Notes under the pieces: generated by a model | What the model was told of the DNA's origin: nothing | Database searches by the model: none | The model's input: only the letters and a program-made list of their open reading frames with translations | Source of the DNA: Candidatus Latescibacterota bacterium | Lineage (GTDB): Bacteria; Latescibacterota; UBA2968; UBA8231 | Direction of reading: 5' to 3' | DNA length: 64,000 bases | Assembly: GCA_965208105.1 (NCBI GenBank) | Contig: OZ242318.1 | Coordinates: forward strand, 1,312,001-1,376,000 | Part shown: piece by piece, positions 20,101 to 30,200 of the stretch | How positions within the stretch are numbered: the stretch's first letter is position 1 | Layout: each line of letters begins with the position of its first letter | Position numbers and translations under genes: made by a program

Positions 20101-20606
20101 GCCTCCAGGTCCTCCTCGGTCACCTCGCTCAGCCCCTTGTTGAAAAGCTCGGAGGCGTCCAGCCTCAGGTCGGCGGTCCTGTAGTCGCGGCGGACGCGGT
20201 AAATGCGCACCCTTGGATCGCCGGGGTCGTCGGCCACGCCCTTGGAAAGGATGCGGCCCGGCACCGTTCCTATGTCATAGGTCTGCCCCCCTACGCGCAG
20301 TTCCTGGGGGTCGCCGTCCAGGACCCGGCCTCCCCAGATGAGGCCGTCCTGGAAGATGACCTGGTCGGTGGAGCGCGGAAAGTCCACCCCCGCATTGTCG
20401 TTAAGAGGATTGCGGGCGGACCAACCGTCTCTCTTGAACCAGAGCGCCATGTTGTTGATGTTGAGCAGCGAGCGCTCGCCGAAGGCTATGTCCTGGGCAA
20501 GCTTTGCAGCCGCAGATGATGGTGAGGGGGCGCGGCTTTCGAGCGGACTGGTGAGGGTCCCCAGGAGCACCAGTGCCGCCGGGAAGGCGTAGATGAGCTT
20601 CTTCAT
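17148..20606 (-). CDS. Large secreted protein with T9SS type A-like/FlgD-Ig C-terminal domain (paralog A)
   Basis: Sec signal MKKLIYAF, Fn3-like YYFAVTAY module, CTD INVFPNPY..ATIRIFDLGGTLVRTL..WDL..ASGMY..KLAIV. Confidence 0.85.
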   Translation of the reverse strand: MKKLIYAFPAALVLLGTLTSPLESRAPSPSSAAAKLAQDIAFGERSLLNINNMALWFKRDGWSARNPLNDNAGVDFPRSTDQVIFQDGLIWGGRVLDGDPQELRVGGQTYDIGTVPGRILSKGVADDPGDPRVRIYRVRRDYRTADLRLDASELFNKGLSEVTEEDLEALRNQYDLNWREWPAHWGAPFYDRDGDGVYTPQFDADGNPDPAGDEPGLANADQVAWFVINDLDVGASTKLYGSKPIGLEVQATLWGYARTDALGDVIFKKYTVIYKGTENTPDEAVIEDMYFAQWSDPDLGDYGDDFAGCDVELSLGYVYNSIDSDSHYRAFDLAPPAVGYDFLQGPIVPVFQKDENGEIVTDDEGNPVLDESVEAIFNFGKRPGYRNLPMTSFVYFAAGSAISDPELGEYQGTQQWYNLLRGYQPQPDVDNPVPYTNPLTNEATLFTLDGDPTRALGWNDGHPLPAGDRRIVLNTGPFEMVLGDTQEVVVALLGGISSDRLRSISKLKFTDQFVQDAYNNFFEVPSPPAAPQVRVTELDRAVLLDWGWNPEGISATEEVSSSGFVFEGYNLYQLPSAEATLDQGTKLATYDLENGVTTILGIDLDEASGIVLDVPKQIGSDFGIKRYVKLTRDVLRGRPLVNGQRYYFAVTAYNRNTAEGAAVTTLESPPQVFVTVPQPPPMGKRYLTEAEEVIEADHSAGVSDGSVRVVVVNPTLTTGDDYEVSFAQDDEGGTTWSLRNTSAGIPLLTGQADQTGAGFYIGTDGIEVAVSGPPNGMKDWEIPSGERWWTWAEAFFGAEGFNGAMTGDPNHNWFEPSTVTAADLRTVEIRFTSVVEAEGENQYKPVDPNNENVSWAYRYLRGAGADPPAAGDLTTVAEAARYDWSKYIVNTEGPGIYVYQDRVPIALSAWDIESDPPRRLEVGFLENNLPGGLVNGAYGPAWYSTASNVAGGGPREWLFIFDAEYTQPGEDSPALTDYGLLPMNSQDAGEPVIPLMWAIFAARRVEDRFPQDGDSFLLVANHVNTVADVFSFMVPGSAESAEYRKEDLKKINVFPNPYFGVNEAETSRYSHFITFSYLPARATIRIFDLGGTLVRTLEKDDADPYLRWDLNNDNELPIASGMYIAHIEMPGINKSKILKLAIVQEQQFLENY

Positions 20607-20662
20607 CGCATGATCCCCTTCGTCTTGATTAGTGAACACAGATTCACAGAATAATCTCCGTG

Positions 20663-23600
20663 CTAGAATCCCAGTTTCAAACCGATCCGGAGCTGGCGCG
20701 GCTCGTCGTAGATGTCTCCGTCTCCGGCGAGAAAACCCTCGTTGGACCAGTAGTGCTGCCGGTTGGTAAGGTTGATCGCCTGGTAGAGCTGCTGGTACTG
20801 CAGGCCACCGCTGGCCTCGGCAATCTGGCTGCTCAGGTCGGGATTTGTCAGGAATCCGTCGTCCTTGTCATTGCCGGTGCGGCCGTAGACGTTGATCACG
20901 TTCTTGCGGTTGAAGAGGTTGATGACGCGGAGGTAGACCTTGGCCTCGGTCCCGAAGAGGTCGAAGCCCTTGTCAACCCTGAGGTCCGCCTGAAAGGTCC
21001 AGGGAGTGGTGGAGCTGTTGATCGCCTCCAGGGGCTTTCTGTTGCGCGGATCGAAGCTGTTGAGGATGCCGCCCTCCTCCGGGCCTGTCTGCCCCAGCGA
21101 ACCCCCTACCAGGGTGAAGTTGTGACCGCTGGAAAAATGCAGGAGCAGGTTGGCCCCCATGCGCTGCAGGATCGGCCCTCCGTCGTTCCTGTCGAAGCGG
21201 TAGTCCAGGTAGATGTTCCCACTGTGGGTCTCGTTGAAGTCCAACGGCGAGATGATGGTGGGAAGGCTGCCGTCGTTTTCGACTCCGGAAACCGCGGAGT
21301 AGGTCGTCGACCCGGTGCCGCGGGCGTCGGAGAGGGTATAGTTCAGCTCGGTCCTAAGGCGATTGGTGCGGCGCAGCTTGAACACGAACTCGAGGCCCTT
21401 GGTTGTGGCGAAATCGCCGTTCTGCAGAAAGTTGAAGGCATTGGCTCCCACCGCTGCGGCCTCCAGGTCCTGCCTCCGCAGCTGCAACTGCCCCTTGACG
21501 TCGCGGTAGAAGCCGGTGATGTCGAAGGACGCCGATGCGGTGAACTGGTGCTCGAAGCCGAGCTCGTACTGGGTGGTGCGCATGGGCTCGATGTCGAATG
21601 CGGTGGGAAAGGCGATGTAGTTCTGGCCGCCGAGCTCCAGTGCCAGGCGCGCTCCTCCGGCGAACATGCTGCGCATGCTGGGCATCTGCGAAAAGCGCCC
21701 GTACTGCACGTGGAAAACCGTGACGTCGGACACCGGGAAGGAAAAGCCCAGGCGCGGGCTGATCTCGTGAAAAGCGCGCGTCTTCTGCATGAAGTCGGTG
21801 TCGAGGGTGAACTTCCTGTCGTCGCGAACCGGCGCCGCCTGGTTCTTGAAGCGCCAGCTGTCCGCGTCGAAGTACTCCCAGCGCAGACCGAGATTGAGGA
21901 TCAGATCGTTGTACTCGACCTTGTCCTGGACATAGGCGGCGGCGAGGACGGGGTTCCGCGGACCCTCCAGCCCCTCCCCATCGAACTGGCGGCCGAATTC
22001 GTCGTATCCGAAGAAGTCGGCGCGGCTGGTATTGCGGATGAGGGCCTTGAAGTCCTCCAGGTCGCCCTGCCCCGCCGGTGCGCTGCCGGCGGCATCGATC
22101 AGGGCGCCGAGAACCTCCCCTTCCTCGATCTCGCCGGCGTAGTACCTCTGATAGACCGCATCCAGGTTCGGGTAGGTGTTCTTGATGGCGGAGCGGATGG
22201 AACCGAGAAAGATCCCGTAGCGCCGCGAGGTCCAGCGCTGGTAGTCGAAACCTGCCTTGAGCTGATGCACCCTGGTCTGCTTGGTGATACTGCCGGCCAG
22301 GCCCCAGTACCTGTCGTCCTCCTTGCTGTAGGAGCTGGAGCGCGAGCTTCCCGTAACCGAGGAGGTCGGCGATCCGGGACGGTTGAAGGGGAAGCCGTTC
22401 AAGTCGTAGGGACGAGGTACGGCTCCCTGGGCGGAATAAGAGGTAAAGGACTCGTCCGCCCGGGCTACTGCGACGCTGTCGTTGTAGACCATGAAGTTGT
22501 CCTTGAAGACACCGTCGTAGATCTCCCGGTCCTGCCGGTAGAGGCTGAAATTCAGCTCGTAGAACATGGACGGATCGAGGAGGTGGGTAGCCTTCAGGTT
22601 GGTCAGCCCGGAGACCCGCTGGTACTCGGGCAGCCGCTTCAGGTTGAGCATGTTGCGGATCGGCGCCGGATTGAGCTCCCTGTCCGCAACGGTGTAGAGG
22701 CTCGTCAAGCGCAGCTGCAGGGGATTGTAGTCGAAAAGCAGGGTGCCGTTGAAGTCGATTCTTTCCTGGCCGGTGTGGTCGATATTTCCGGGCTGCAGCG
22801 CCAGGGAATTGAGAGTGTCCTGAATGGCGTTGCCTTCCTCGTCCCTGCTCCAGTGGATGCGCCCCCCGCGGTCGCCGCTGTCGACCAGATCGACGAACTC
22901 GAACCCGTCCCAAAATATGGGCACGAAGTCGCGGACGCTGCGCTGGCCAGCGAGAAAGGCGCGGATCTTGCGGTTGCCTGCCAGGGGTCCGCTCAGGGTC
23001 AGCACCTGGTTGTTGTAGCCGTAGGAGTATGTTCCGAAACGCTGCTCGTGGCTGGAAGTGAAATTGTCGGATTCGGCGAGAAAGTTGACATCCCATTGTG
23101 CCCCTCCGGTGCGCAGTTCCTGCAGGATGATCGCCGCATTGGCGCCGCCGTACTCGGCGTTGAATCCCCCGGCCTGCAGCTGAACTTCCTCCAGCGCTTC
23201 GTCGATCAGGGCCACCGCAGTGCCCCCGGTGACGATATTGCGCACATTTGCGCCCTCGACGTAGTAGCCCACCTCGTCGCTGCGCGAGCCGCGGATGTGG
23301 ATGCTGCCCTCGTCGTTCACCACCCCCGGCTGCAGGCTGAGAACATTCTGCACCCCCCTCAGAGGCAGGATCTCCAGGTCTCCCCCGCCGACGATGCGCA
23401 CCGCATTGGTGGCATTCTTGTCGATGATGGGCCTTTCCGCCTGGACGACCACCTCTTCAACTTCGATGTCCGAGGACGTCAGCTTCACCTCCAGGTCGGT
23501 GGTCAGGTCGGCTGAAACCCGCACTCCCTCCAGGGTGTAGGAATTGTAGCCTACGTAGGAGACTTTGACGCTGTAGACCCCGGGTGGAATATTCAGCACG

Positions 23601-23803
23601 AAGAACCGCCCGTCGCCGTCGGCGACCGCTCCCAACCTGGTATCGACCAGGGCCACGTTGGCGTTGGGCAGCGCCGCCCCGGTCTCCGCATCCAGCACCC
23701 GGCCGGCGATCTTGCCGATGGCCGCCTCGGAGGGGGAATAGCCAAGTGCCAAAAGCACGGCGAGAGCCGCCGTCGCGCGCAAAAATCGAGAACTCTCAAC
23801 CAT
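20663..23803 (-). CDS. TonB-dependent receptor (paralog A)
   Basis: CarboxypepD_reg-like N-domain GKIAGRVLDAETG, plug IRGSRSDEVGYYVEG, GGFNAEYG, SPRLGFSFP, terminal PRQLRIGLKLGF. Confidence 0.93.
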   Translation of the reverse strand: MVESSRFLRATAALAVLLALGYSPSEAAIGKIAGRVLDAETGAALPNANVALVDTRLGAVADGDGRFFVLNIPPGVYSVKVSYVGYNSYTLEGVRVSADLTTDLEVKLTSSDIEVEEVVVQAERPIIDKNATNAVRIVGGGDLEILPLRGVQNVLSLQPGVVNDEGSIHIRGSRSDEVGYYVEGANVRNIVTGGTAVALIDEALEEVQLQAGGFNAEYGGANAAIILQELRTGGAQWDVNFLAESDNFTSSHEQRFGTYSYGYNNQVLTLSGPLAGNRKIRAFLAGQRSVRDFVPIFWDGFEFVDLVDSGDRGGRIHWSRDEEGNAIQDTLNSLALQPGNIDHTGQERIDFNGTLLFDYNPLQLRLTSLYTVADRELNPAPIRNMLNLKRLPEYQRVSGLTNLKATHLLDPSMFYELNFSLYRQDREIYDGVFKDNFMVYNDSVAVARADESFTSYSAQGAVPRPYDLNGFPFNRPGSPTSSVTGSSRSSSYSKEDDRYWGLAGSITKQTRVHQLKAGFDYQRWTSRRYGIFLGSIRSAIKNTYPNLDAVYQRYYAGEIEEGEVLGALIDAAGSAPAGQGDLEDFKALIRNTSRADFFGYDEFGRQFDGEGLEGPRNPVLAAAYVQDKVEYNDLILNLGLRWEYFDADSWRFKNQAAPVRDDRKFTLDTDFMQKTRAFHEISPRLGFSFPVSDVTVFHVQYGRFSQMPSMRSMFAGGARLALELGGQNYIAFPTAFDIEPMRTTQYELGFEHQFTASASFDITGFYRDVKGQLQLRRQDLEAAAVGANAFNFLQNGDFATTKGLEFVFKLRRTNRLRTELNYTLSDARGTGSTTYSAVSGVENDGSLPTIISPLDFNETHSGNIYLDYRFDRNDGGPILQRMGANLLLHFSSGHNFTLVGGSLGQTGPEEGGILNSFDPRNRKPLEAINSSTTPWTFQADLRVDKGFDLFGTEAKVYLRVINLFNRKNVINVYGRTGNDKDDGFLTNPDLSSQIAEASGGLQYQQLYQAINLTNRQHYWSNEGFLAGDGDIYDEPRQLRIGLKLGF

Positions 23804-23860
23804 GGCCTGCTTCCTTTCTTGAAATTTGTCCTGACATGGTTCTTCTGCACATGTATTTAC

Positions 23861-23889
23861 ATATTATGTGGTATAAATTCACATATCTA
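23861..23889 (-). promoter_or_regulatory. Putative sigma70 promoter with an overlapping palindromic operator
   Basis: AT-rich island; minus strand TAGATA-17-TAATAT; TATGTG-N9-CACATA at 23865-23885. Confidence 0.45.
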
Positions 23890-23971
23890 CATGGAATAAA
23901 ACGAAACTTTTTCGCGGGAAACAAGAAAAATATGGCGGTGGAGCGCTAGCATTGGAATCCGCCCCGGATTT

Positions 23972-26900
23972 TCAATAGTACTCCAGGAATTGCTGCTCCT
24001 GGACAAGGGCCAGCTTCAGCACCTTGACCCTGCCGATCTCCGGCATGGCGATGTGGGCGATGTAGAGGCCGCTGGCCACCGGCAATCCGCCGTCGTTGTT
24101 CAGATCCCAGCGCAGGAACTGGTCCGGATCGTTCTTCTCAAGGGTCCGCACAAGGGTGCCGTTCAGGTCGAAGATGCGTATCGTCGCCCTTTCGGGCAGG
24201 TGGCTGAAGGTCACGAAGTGAGCAAAGCGGCTGGTCTCGGCCGGGTTGACCCCGTAGTAGGGATTGGGAAACACGTTGATGCCCTCGACGTCCTCGCGGG
24301 CTCCGGCGAGGGAGTAGGTCCGCGCCGTGGTGGTGAACTGGAACTCGTCCTCGCCGATGACGATGACGCTGTCGTACTCAATGCGCAGCACGTCGCCGCG
24401 GGACCAGGTTGAGAGGCCGCCCTGGCGGAAGAAGAGGACCCAGGTGGCGTGAGGATCGGTGAAGTGGTGCACCCGGGTGGAGTCGTAATCGCTGGCAATC
24501 ACCGTGATGTAGTCGCGCCCGGCCATGTTGTAGGTCCCGTGATAGGCCGCGCTCCCGGCGTCGCGCGAACCGTCGGCGCCGCGGTCCTGGAAGGCCACGT
24601 TGAGCTGGCGGGGCCGGTCCGGGTCCTCCACGTCCCAGACTTCGAAGGGGATGCGCTGAAGGAAGGGTCCCGCGGCCGGCGCGCCGGTGGGCCGGAACGG
24701 ATGGGAGTTGATGTGGCGCTGCGCCGACCCCGCTTCGACCCCGGCCAGGGTGGCCACCGAGCCCGACGAGACTATCCCGGTCCTGTCCTCGTTCCACACC
24801 CCTGTGAAACGGAACTCCAGATCCAGGCCCAGGAGCATGGGGTCGCCGCTGCCGCCCCCTTCCCAGAAGGTCGAAGCGCGGCCGTCGGGCAAACCGAAGA
24901 GGGTTCCGTCACCCCACAGCTGCAGGTCGCCGTCCAGCGGGTCCGCGTCCACCACCAGCGCTGCGCTGCGATAGGTCGAGGGCGCCTCGAATACCGGATT
25001 CCCCACCCTCACCTGCACGCCGTCCACCGCCGGGCTGGAATCGTCCATGGAGTAGTTGCGCTGGTTGGCCAGGACCGCCCGGCCGTCGCGGTGCAGGTTC
25101 CAGGAGCGGTCGGGGTTGAAGGTGATGGTGTAGGTGGCGTCGACCAGGGCCTCCGGGAATACCACCAGGGGCTTGATGTCCACGTCGCCGCGGCCTTTGG
25201 ACTGAACCACCGAAATGTGCTCGTCCAGCCCCGCGCCTCCACGGGTTCCCGGACGCGGCGACTGGGGCACCACCTCGATCTTCTGCGGCACCGATTCGAC
25301 GAAAGTAACCAGGGCCTCGGGATCGGGGTTGTGGCTGTAGGCGGTGACAGCAAAATAGTAGGGCTGGCCGTTGAACAGGGAGCTCCGGCGCATGGCGTCG
25401 CGCCCGATGCGGGCTACCCGGCGCAGACCCGAGTCCGTGCCCTTCTGCCGGGGCAGGTTCACCACCTCCCCCGAGGCGGGGTCGAGCCGATTGCCCCAGA
25501 TGGTGGTCACGCCGTTGGCCAGGTCGTAGGTGGCGACCCTCCGGGCCTGGGAGAAGTCCGCCGCCTCGCCCGGGAACTGGTAGAGGTTGTAGCCTTCGAA
25601 GTGGAAGGGCGGATGCACTCCCTCCTCGGTGGCGCGCACGGCCTCGATATCGTATCCCCAGTCGAGCACGACAACCCCATCGCCCCCGTGGGCCCGCACC
25701 CTCGGCGCCGCCGGAGGAGGAGAGATGGAGAAGTGATTGTCGTAGGCGTCCTGGACCAGGCGGTCGGTGAATTTGAGCTGGGCGATGCTGCCCAGGTGGT
25801 CGCTGCCGATGCCGCCCAATAGTGCCACCACCACCTCCTGGGTATCGCCCAGGGCCATGGTGAATGGACCGGTGTTGAGCACGATGCGGCGGTCTCCGGG
25901 GGGCAGCGGGACGCCGTCGGTCCATCCCTCGCCGCTCAGCGGGTCCCCGTCCAGGGCGAAGAAGGTGTCCTCGCCGCTCAGCGGGTTGGTGTAGGGGGCT
26001 GGGTTGCGCGTATCGGGCTGAGGCTGGTACCCGCGCAGCAGGTTGTACCACTCCAGGGAGCCCACGTACTCCCCGAGGGCGGGATCGTCGATGGCGCTGC
26101 CGGCGGCGAAGTAGGCGAAGGAGGTCATGGGCAGGTTGCGGTAGCCGGGGCGGCGGCGGAAGTCGAAGACCGCCTCGGCCCCGGCCTCGGGAACGACGGG
26201 CCCCTGCAGGAAGTCGTAGCCGACCGCCGGCGGAGCCAGGTCGAATTTCTCGAAGTGGCTGTCTTCCCCTGCGGCGTTGTAGCTGTATCCCAGGCTGAGC
26301 TCCACGTCGCACCCGGCGAAGTCGTCGCCGAAATCCCCCAGGTCCGGATCGGACCACTGGGAAAAGTACATGTCCTCGATGACCGCGTCGTCAGGCGTAT
26401 CCGCGGTGCCCTTGTATATGACCCGGAACTTCCGCAATACCACGTCGCCCAGGGGGTCGGTGCGGGCGTATGCCCACAGGGTGGTCTGCACCTCCAGGCC
26501 GATGGGCGCCGACCCGTAGAGCGAGGCGGTGGCGCCCGGGTCCAGGTCGTTGACCACGTACCAGGCCACCTGGTCGGCAGGGCCGGAGCATCGCTCCGGG
26601 TGGCGGCGGCAGTCGGCATGGCGATAGGAGGGCTCGTCCACGGAGGGGTCGTACGCCCCGTTGCCGTCGCGGTCGAAAAATGGCGCCCCCTTGAGCCAGG
26701 GCCACTCCTGCCAGTCCCGGGCGTAGTGGTCGCGCAGGCGCTCCACGTCCCCGTCGTCCACCTCCTCCAGGTCCTTGCCGTAAAGCTCGGCGGCGTCCTG
26801 CCTGAGGTCCGCCGCGGCGTAGTCGCGGCGCACCCGGTAGATGCGCACGCCGGGATCGGCCGGATCCTCCGCCACCCCCCTCGAGAGGATGCGCCCGGGC

Positions 26901-27253
26901 ACGGTGCCGGCGCTGAAGGTCTGCCCGCCCACGCGCACGCTCTGGCCGCCGCCGTCGAGAACGCGCCCGCCCCAGACCAGGCCGTCCTGGAAGATCACCT
27001 GCCCGGTGGAGCGCGGAAAGGTCACCCCGGAGTTGTTGGTCCGGGGATTGCGGCCGGACCAGCCGTCGCGCCTGAACCAAAGGGAAAAATTGTTGATGTT
27101 GAGCAGCGAGCGCTCTCCCAGGACGGCCTCCTGAAGGGGTTTCGCCGCCGGGGGCGGGTGGGCGCCGTCGCTGCCGGCGGCTGCCCCGACCGATGCCAGG
27201 ACCAGCACCGCCGCCAGTCCCAGACGAGGCTCGGCGAGGATCCCCTTCATCAC
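23972..27253 (-). CDS. Large secreted protein with T9SS type A-like/FlgD-Ig C-terminal domain (paralog B)
   Basis: Paralog of 17148-20606 (GERSLLNINN, QWSDPDLGD, PNPYYG, KLALVQEQQFLEYY). Confidence 0.85.
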   Translation of the reverse strand: MMKGILAEPRLGLAAVLVLASVGAAAGSDGAHPPPAAKPLQEAVLGERSLLNINNFSLWFRRDGWSGRNPRTNNSGVTFPRSTGQVIFQDGLVWGGRVLDGGGQSVRVGGQTFSAGTVPGRILSRGVAEDPADPGVRIYRVRRDYAAADLRQDAAELYGKDLEEVDDGDVERLRDHYARDWQEWPWLKGAPFFDRDGNGAYDPSVDEPSYRHADCRRHPERCSGPADQVAWYVVNDLDPGATASLYGSAPIGLEVQTTLWAYARTDPLGDVVLRKFRVIYKGTADTPDDAVIEDMYFSQWSDPDLGDFGDDFAGCDVELSLGYSYNAAGEDSHFEKFDLAPPAVGYDFLQGPVVPEAGAEAVFDFRRRPGYRNLPMTSFAYFAAGSAIDDPALGEYVGSLEWYNLLRGYQPQPDTRNPAPYTNPLSGEDTFFALDGDPLSGEGWTDGVPLPPGDRRIVLNTGPFTMALGDTQEVVVALLGGIGSDHLGSIAQLKFTDRLVQDAYDNHFSISPPPAAPRVRAHGGDGVVVLDWGYDIEAVRATEEGVHPPFHFEGYNLYQFPGEAADFSQARRVATYDLANGVTTIWGNRLDPASGEVVNLPRQKGTDSGLRRVARIGRDAMRRSSLFNGQPYYFAVTAYSHNPDPEALVTFVESVPQKIEVVPQSPRPGTRGGAGLDEHISVVQSKGRGDVDIKPLVVFPEALVDATYTITFNPDRSWNLHRDGRAVLANQRNYSMDDSSPAVDGVQVRVGNPVFEAPSTYRSAALVVDADPLDGDLQLWGDGTLFGLPDGRASTFWEGGGSGDPMLLGLDLEFRFTGVWNEDRTGIVSSGSVATLAGVEAGSAQRHINSHPFRPTGAPAAGPFLQRIPFEVWDVEDPDRPRQLNVAFQDRGADGSRDAGSAAYHGTYNMAGRDYITVIASDYDSTRVHHFTDPHATWVLFFRQGGLSTWSRGDVLRIEYDSVIVIGEDEFQFTTTARTYSLAGAREDVEGINVFPNPYYGVNPAETSRFAHFVTFSHLPERATIRIFDLNGTLVRTLEKNDPDQFLRWDLNNDGGLPVASGLYIAHIAMPEIGRVKVLKLALVQEQQFLEYY

Positions 27254-30200
27254 CTACAGTCCCACCTTTACCCCGAACCTGATGCGCCGGGGCTCGTCGT
27301 AGAGATCACCCCCCGAGGTGAACCAGTAGTGCTGCCGGTTGGCCAGATTGATCGCCTCGTAGAGGTCGCGGTAGACCTGGCCGCCGTGGGCTTCCACCAC
27401 CTGTGAGCTCAGGTCCTTGTCGCTCAGAAACCCGTCGTCGCCGGCGTTGCCCGTGCGCCCGTAGACGTTGACCACGTTCCTGCGGTTGAAAAGGTTCTGC
27501 ACGTAGACGAAGACCTGGGCGCCGGCGTTGAAGAGGGTGAAGCCTTTGTCCACCCCGAGGTCGACCTGCAGTCTCCAGGGCGTTGTGGAGCTGTTGATGG
27601 CCTCCAGGGGTCTGCGCTGGCGCGGGTCGTCGGCGGCGAGGATGGCGCCCAGCTCCGGACCGCGCTGGCCGATGCTGCCCTCCACCAGAGTGAAGTTGTG
27701 GCCGCTGCTGAACTGCAGCAGCAGGTTGGCCCCCGTGCGGCGCAACAGCGCCAACCCGGAATCCTGCCCGAGGCGGTAGTCCAGGTGGACGTTGCCGCGG
27801 TGGGTCTCGTTGAAGTCAAGGGGAGCGACCACCGTGGGCAGGACCGCATCGTTCTCCACCGCCGCGATGGCGGAGTTGTGCGCCGAACCGGTGCCGCGGG
27901 CGGCGGACAGGGTGTAGTTGAGCACCGCCCGCAAGCCCCGCGTTCGCCGCAGCCTGAACACCATCTCCAGGCCCCTGACGGTGGCGAAGTCCCCGTTCTG
28001 CAGATAGTTGTAGGCCCCGGCATCCACCGCCGCCAGTGATATGTCCTGCCTGCGCACCTGCAGCTGGCCCCTGACATCGCGGTAGAAGCCGGTGAGGTCG
28101 AAAGCGGCGGAGCCGCCGAACTGGTTCTCGAAGCCGATCTCGTACTGGGTGGTGCGCACGGGCTCCACGTCGAACGCGGTTGGCGAGGCGATGAAGTGGC
28201 TGCCGGACAATTCAAGGGACAAGGCGGCGCCGCCCGTGAACATGTCGCGCAGCCGGGGCATCTGCACGAAACGTCCGTACTGGACGTGGAAGGCGGTGCG
28301 GTCCGAGACCGGAAAGGAAAGGCCCAGGCGCGGACTCAAGCGGTGGAATCTGCGCGTCCTGCGCATGGAGGCCGGGTCGATGGTGACGGCCTCGGCGTCG
28401 CGCACCGGAGCCGTGGGATCCCTGAAGCGCCAGCTGTCCACGTCGAAATAATCATAGCGCAGGCCGGCGTTGACGATGAGGTCGTTGTATTCAACCTTGT
28501 CCTGGAGGTAGGCCGCCGCAACCACGGGACGGCGCGGCGCCTCCAGGCCCGAGCCATCGCGGCGGCGGCCGAACTCGTCGAACCCGTAGAAGTCCGCCTG
28601 GCTGTTGCGGCGCACCAGCTTTCTGAAATCCTCCAGGTCCCCTTCCCCCGGAGGCGCCGCCGAGGCGGCCGCGATCATCTCGCCGAGGATCTCCCCCGCG
28701 CCGATCTCGCCGCCGTAGTAGCGCCGGTAGACCTCCTCGAGATGCGGGTGGTCCGCGGCGATGGCGGCGCGCAGGGAGCGCAGCAGGACCAGGTAGCGCC
28801 GGGAGGTCCAGCGCTGGTAGTCGAAGCCGAGCTTGAGCTGGTGGACCCGGGTCTGCTTGACCAGGCTGCCGGCCAGGCCCCAGTACTGGTCCTCCTCCTC
28901 GAAGAAGAAGCTTGCGTCCGAGATTCCGTTGGCAAACGAGGTGGGGGCCCCGAAGCGGTTGAACGGAAAGCCGTGCAGGTCGTAGGGACGGGGCGCCACC
29001 CCCTGGCGGAAGTAGGGGACGAAAGCCTTGCCCTCCGCGGCGACCGCGGCGCTGTCGTTGTAGACCCAGAAGTGGTCCTCGAAGATGGGGTCGGCGGATT
29101 TGCGGCCCTGGTTGTAGCGGGTGAGGCTCAGCTGGTAGAACAGGGAGGGATCGAGAAGGTGGGTCGCCTGGGCCCGCATCAGCGCCGAGACGCTGGTTGT
29201 CCGCGGCAGGCGCTCCTGGTTGAGGACGTTGCGCACGGGGGCGGGGTTGAGCTTCAGCTCCTCCTCGGAGTAGAGGCCGGTGCAGCGCACCTGGAAAGGG
29301 TGATAGTCGAAGAGCAGGGTTCCGTTGAAGATCAGGGCCTCGCGGCCGGAGTGATCGATGTTGCCGGGGCGCACCCTCAAAACCCGCACAGAGTCGGGAA
29401 GGCCGGCGGCCCCCCAGTGGAGACTGCCGCCGCGGTCGCCGCTGTCGGCGAGGCCGGCGAACTCGAAGCCGTCCCAGAAAACCGGCCTCGAATCGCGGGC
29501 GCGGCGCTGGCCGGCGGCGAATAGGCGGACGCGGCGCTGGCCGGCCAAGGGCCCGCTCAGGGTCAGCACCTGGTTGCTGTAGCCGTAGGAGAAGGTCCCC
29601 AGGCGCTCCCTGTACTTACCGGTGAAGCGGTCGCTCTCGGCGAGAAAGCCCACGTCCCAGCGCGGCCCGCCGGTGCGCAGCTCCTGCAGCACGATGCCGC
29701 CATTGGCGCCGCCGTACTCGGCGTTGAAGCCGCCGGCCTGCAACTGGACCTCGGCGAGGGCTTCGTCGATGAGCTCCACAGCGCTGAAGCCGGTGACGAT
29801 GTTGCGCACGTTGGCGCCCTCGACGTAGTAACCGATCTCGTCGCTGCGCGAACCGCGCACGTGGAATCGCCCCTGCTCCTCCACCATGCCGGTCTGCAGC
29901 CCCAGGACGTTGTGCACTCCCCTCAGGGGAAGAACCTCCAGGTCTGCGCCCTCCAGAATGCGCACGGCGTTGGTGGCGTTCTTGTCGATCAGGGGCCGTT
30001 CAGCCCTTACCACCACCTCTCCGACCTGGACGCCGGCCGCCTCCAGGACCACCTCCAGGCGGGTGGTCAGATCGGCGGACACGCGCACGTCCTCGAGGGT
30101 GCAGGGGGCGTAGCCGACGTAGGTGATTTTGAGGGTGTAGACGCCGGGTGGGATGTTCAGTATGAAGAATCTGCCCTCCGCGTCGGCGGCGGCGCCCCAG

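Noticed and set aside
20660-23515. 951-aa plus-strand ORF, and other long antisense ORFs such as 40900-42975, 44903-46642 and 58981-60495
   Set aside because: Antisense shadows of real genes caused by high GC3; no recognisable motifs
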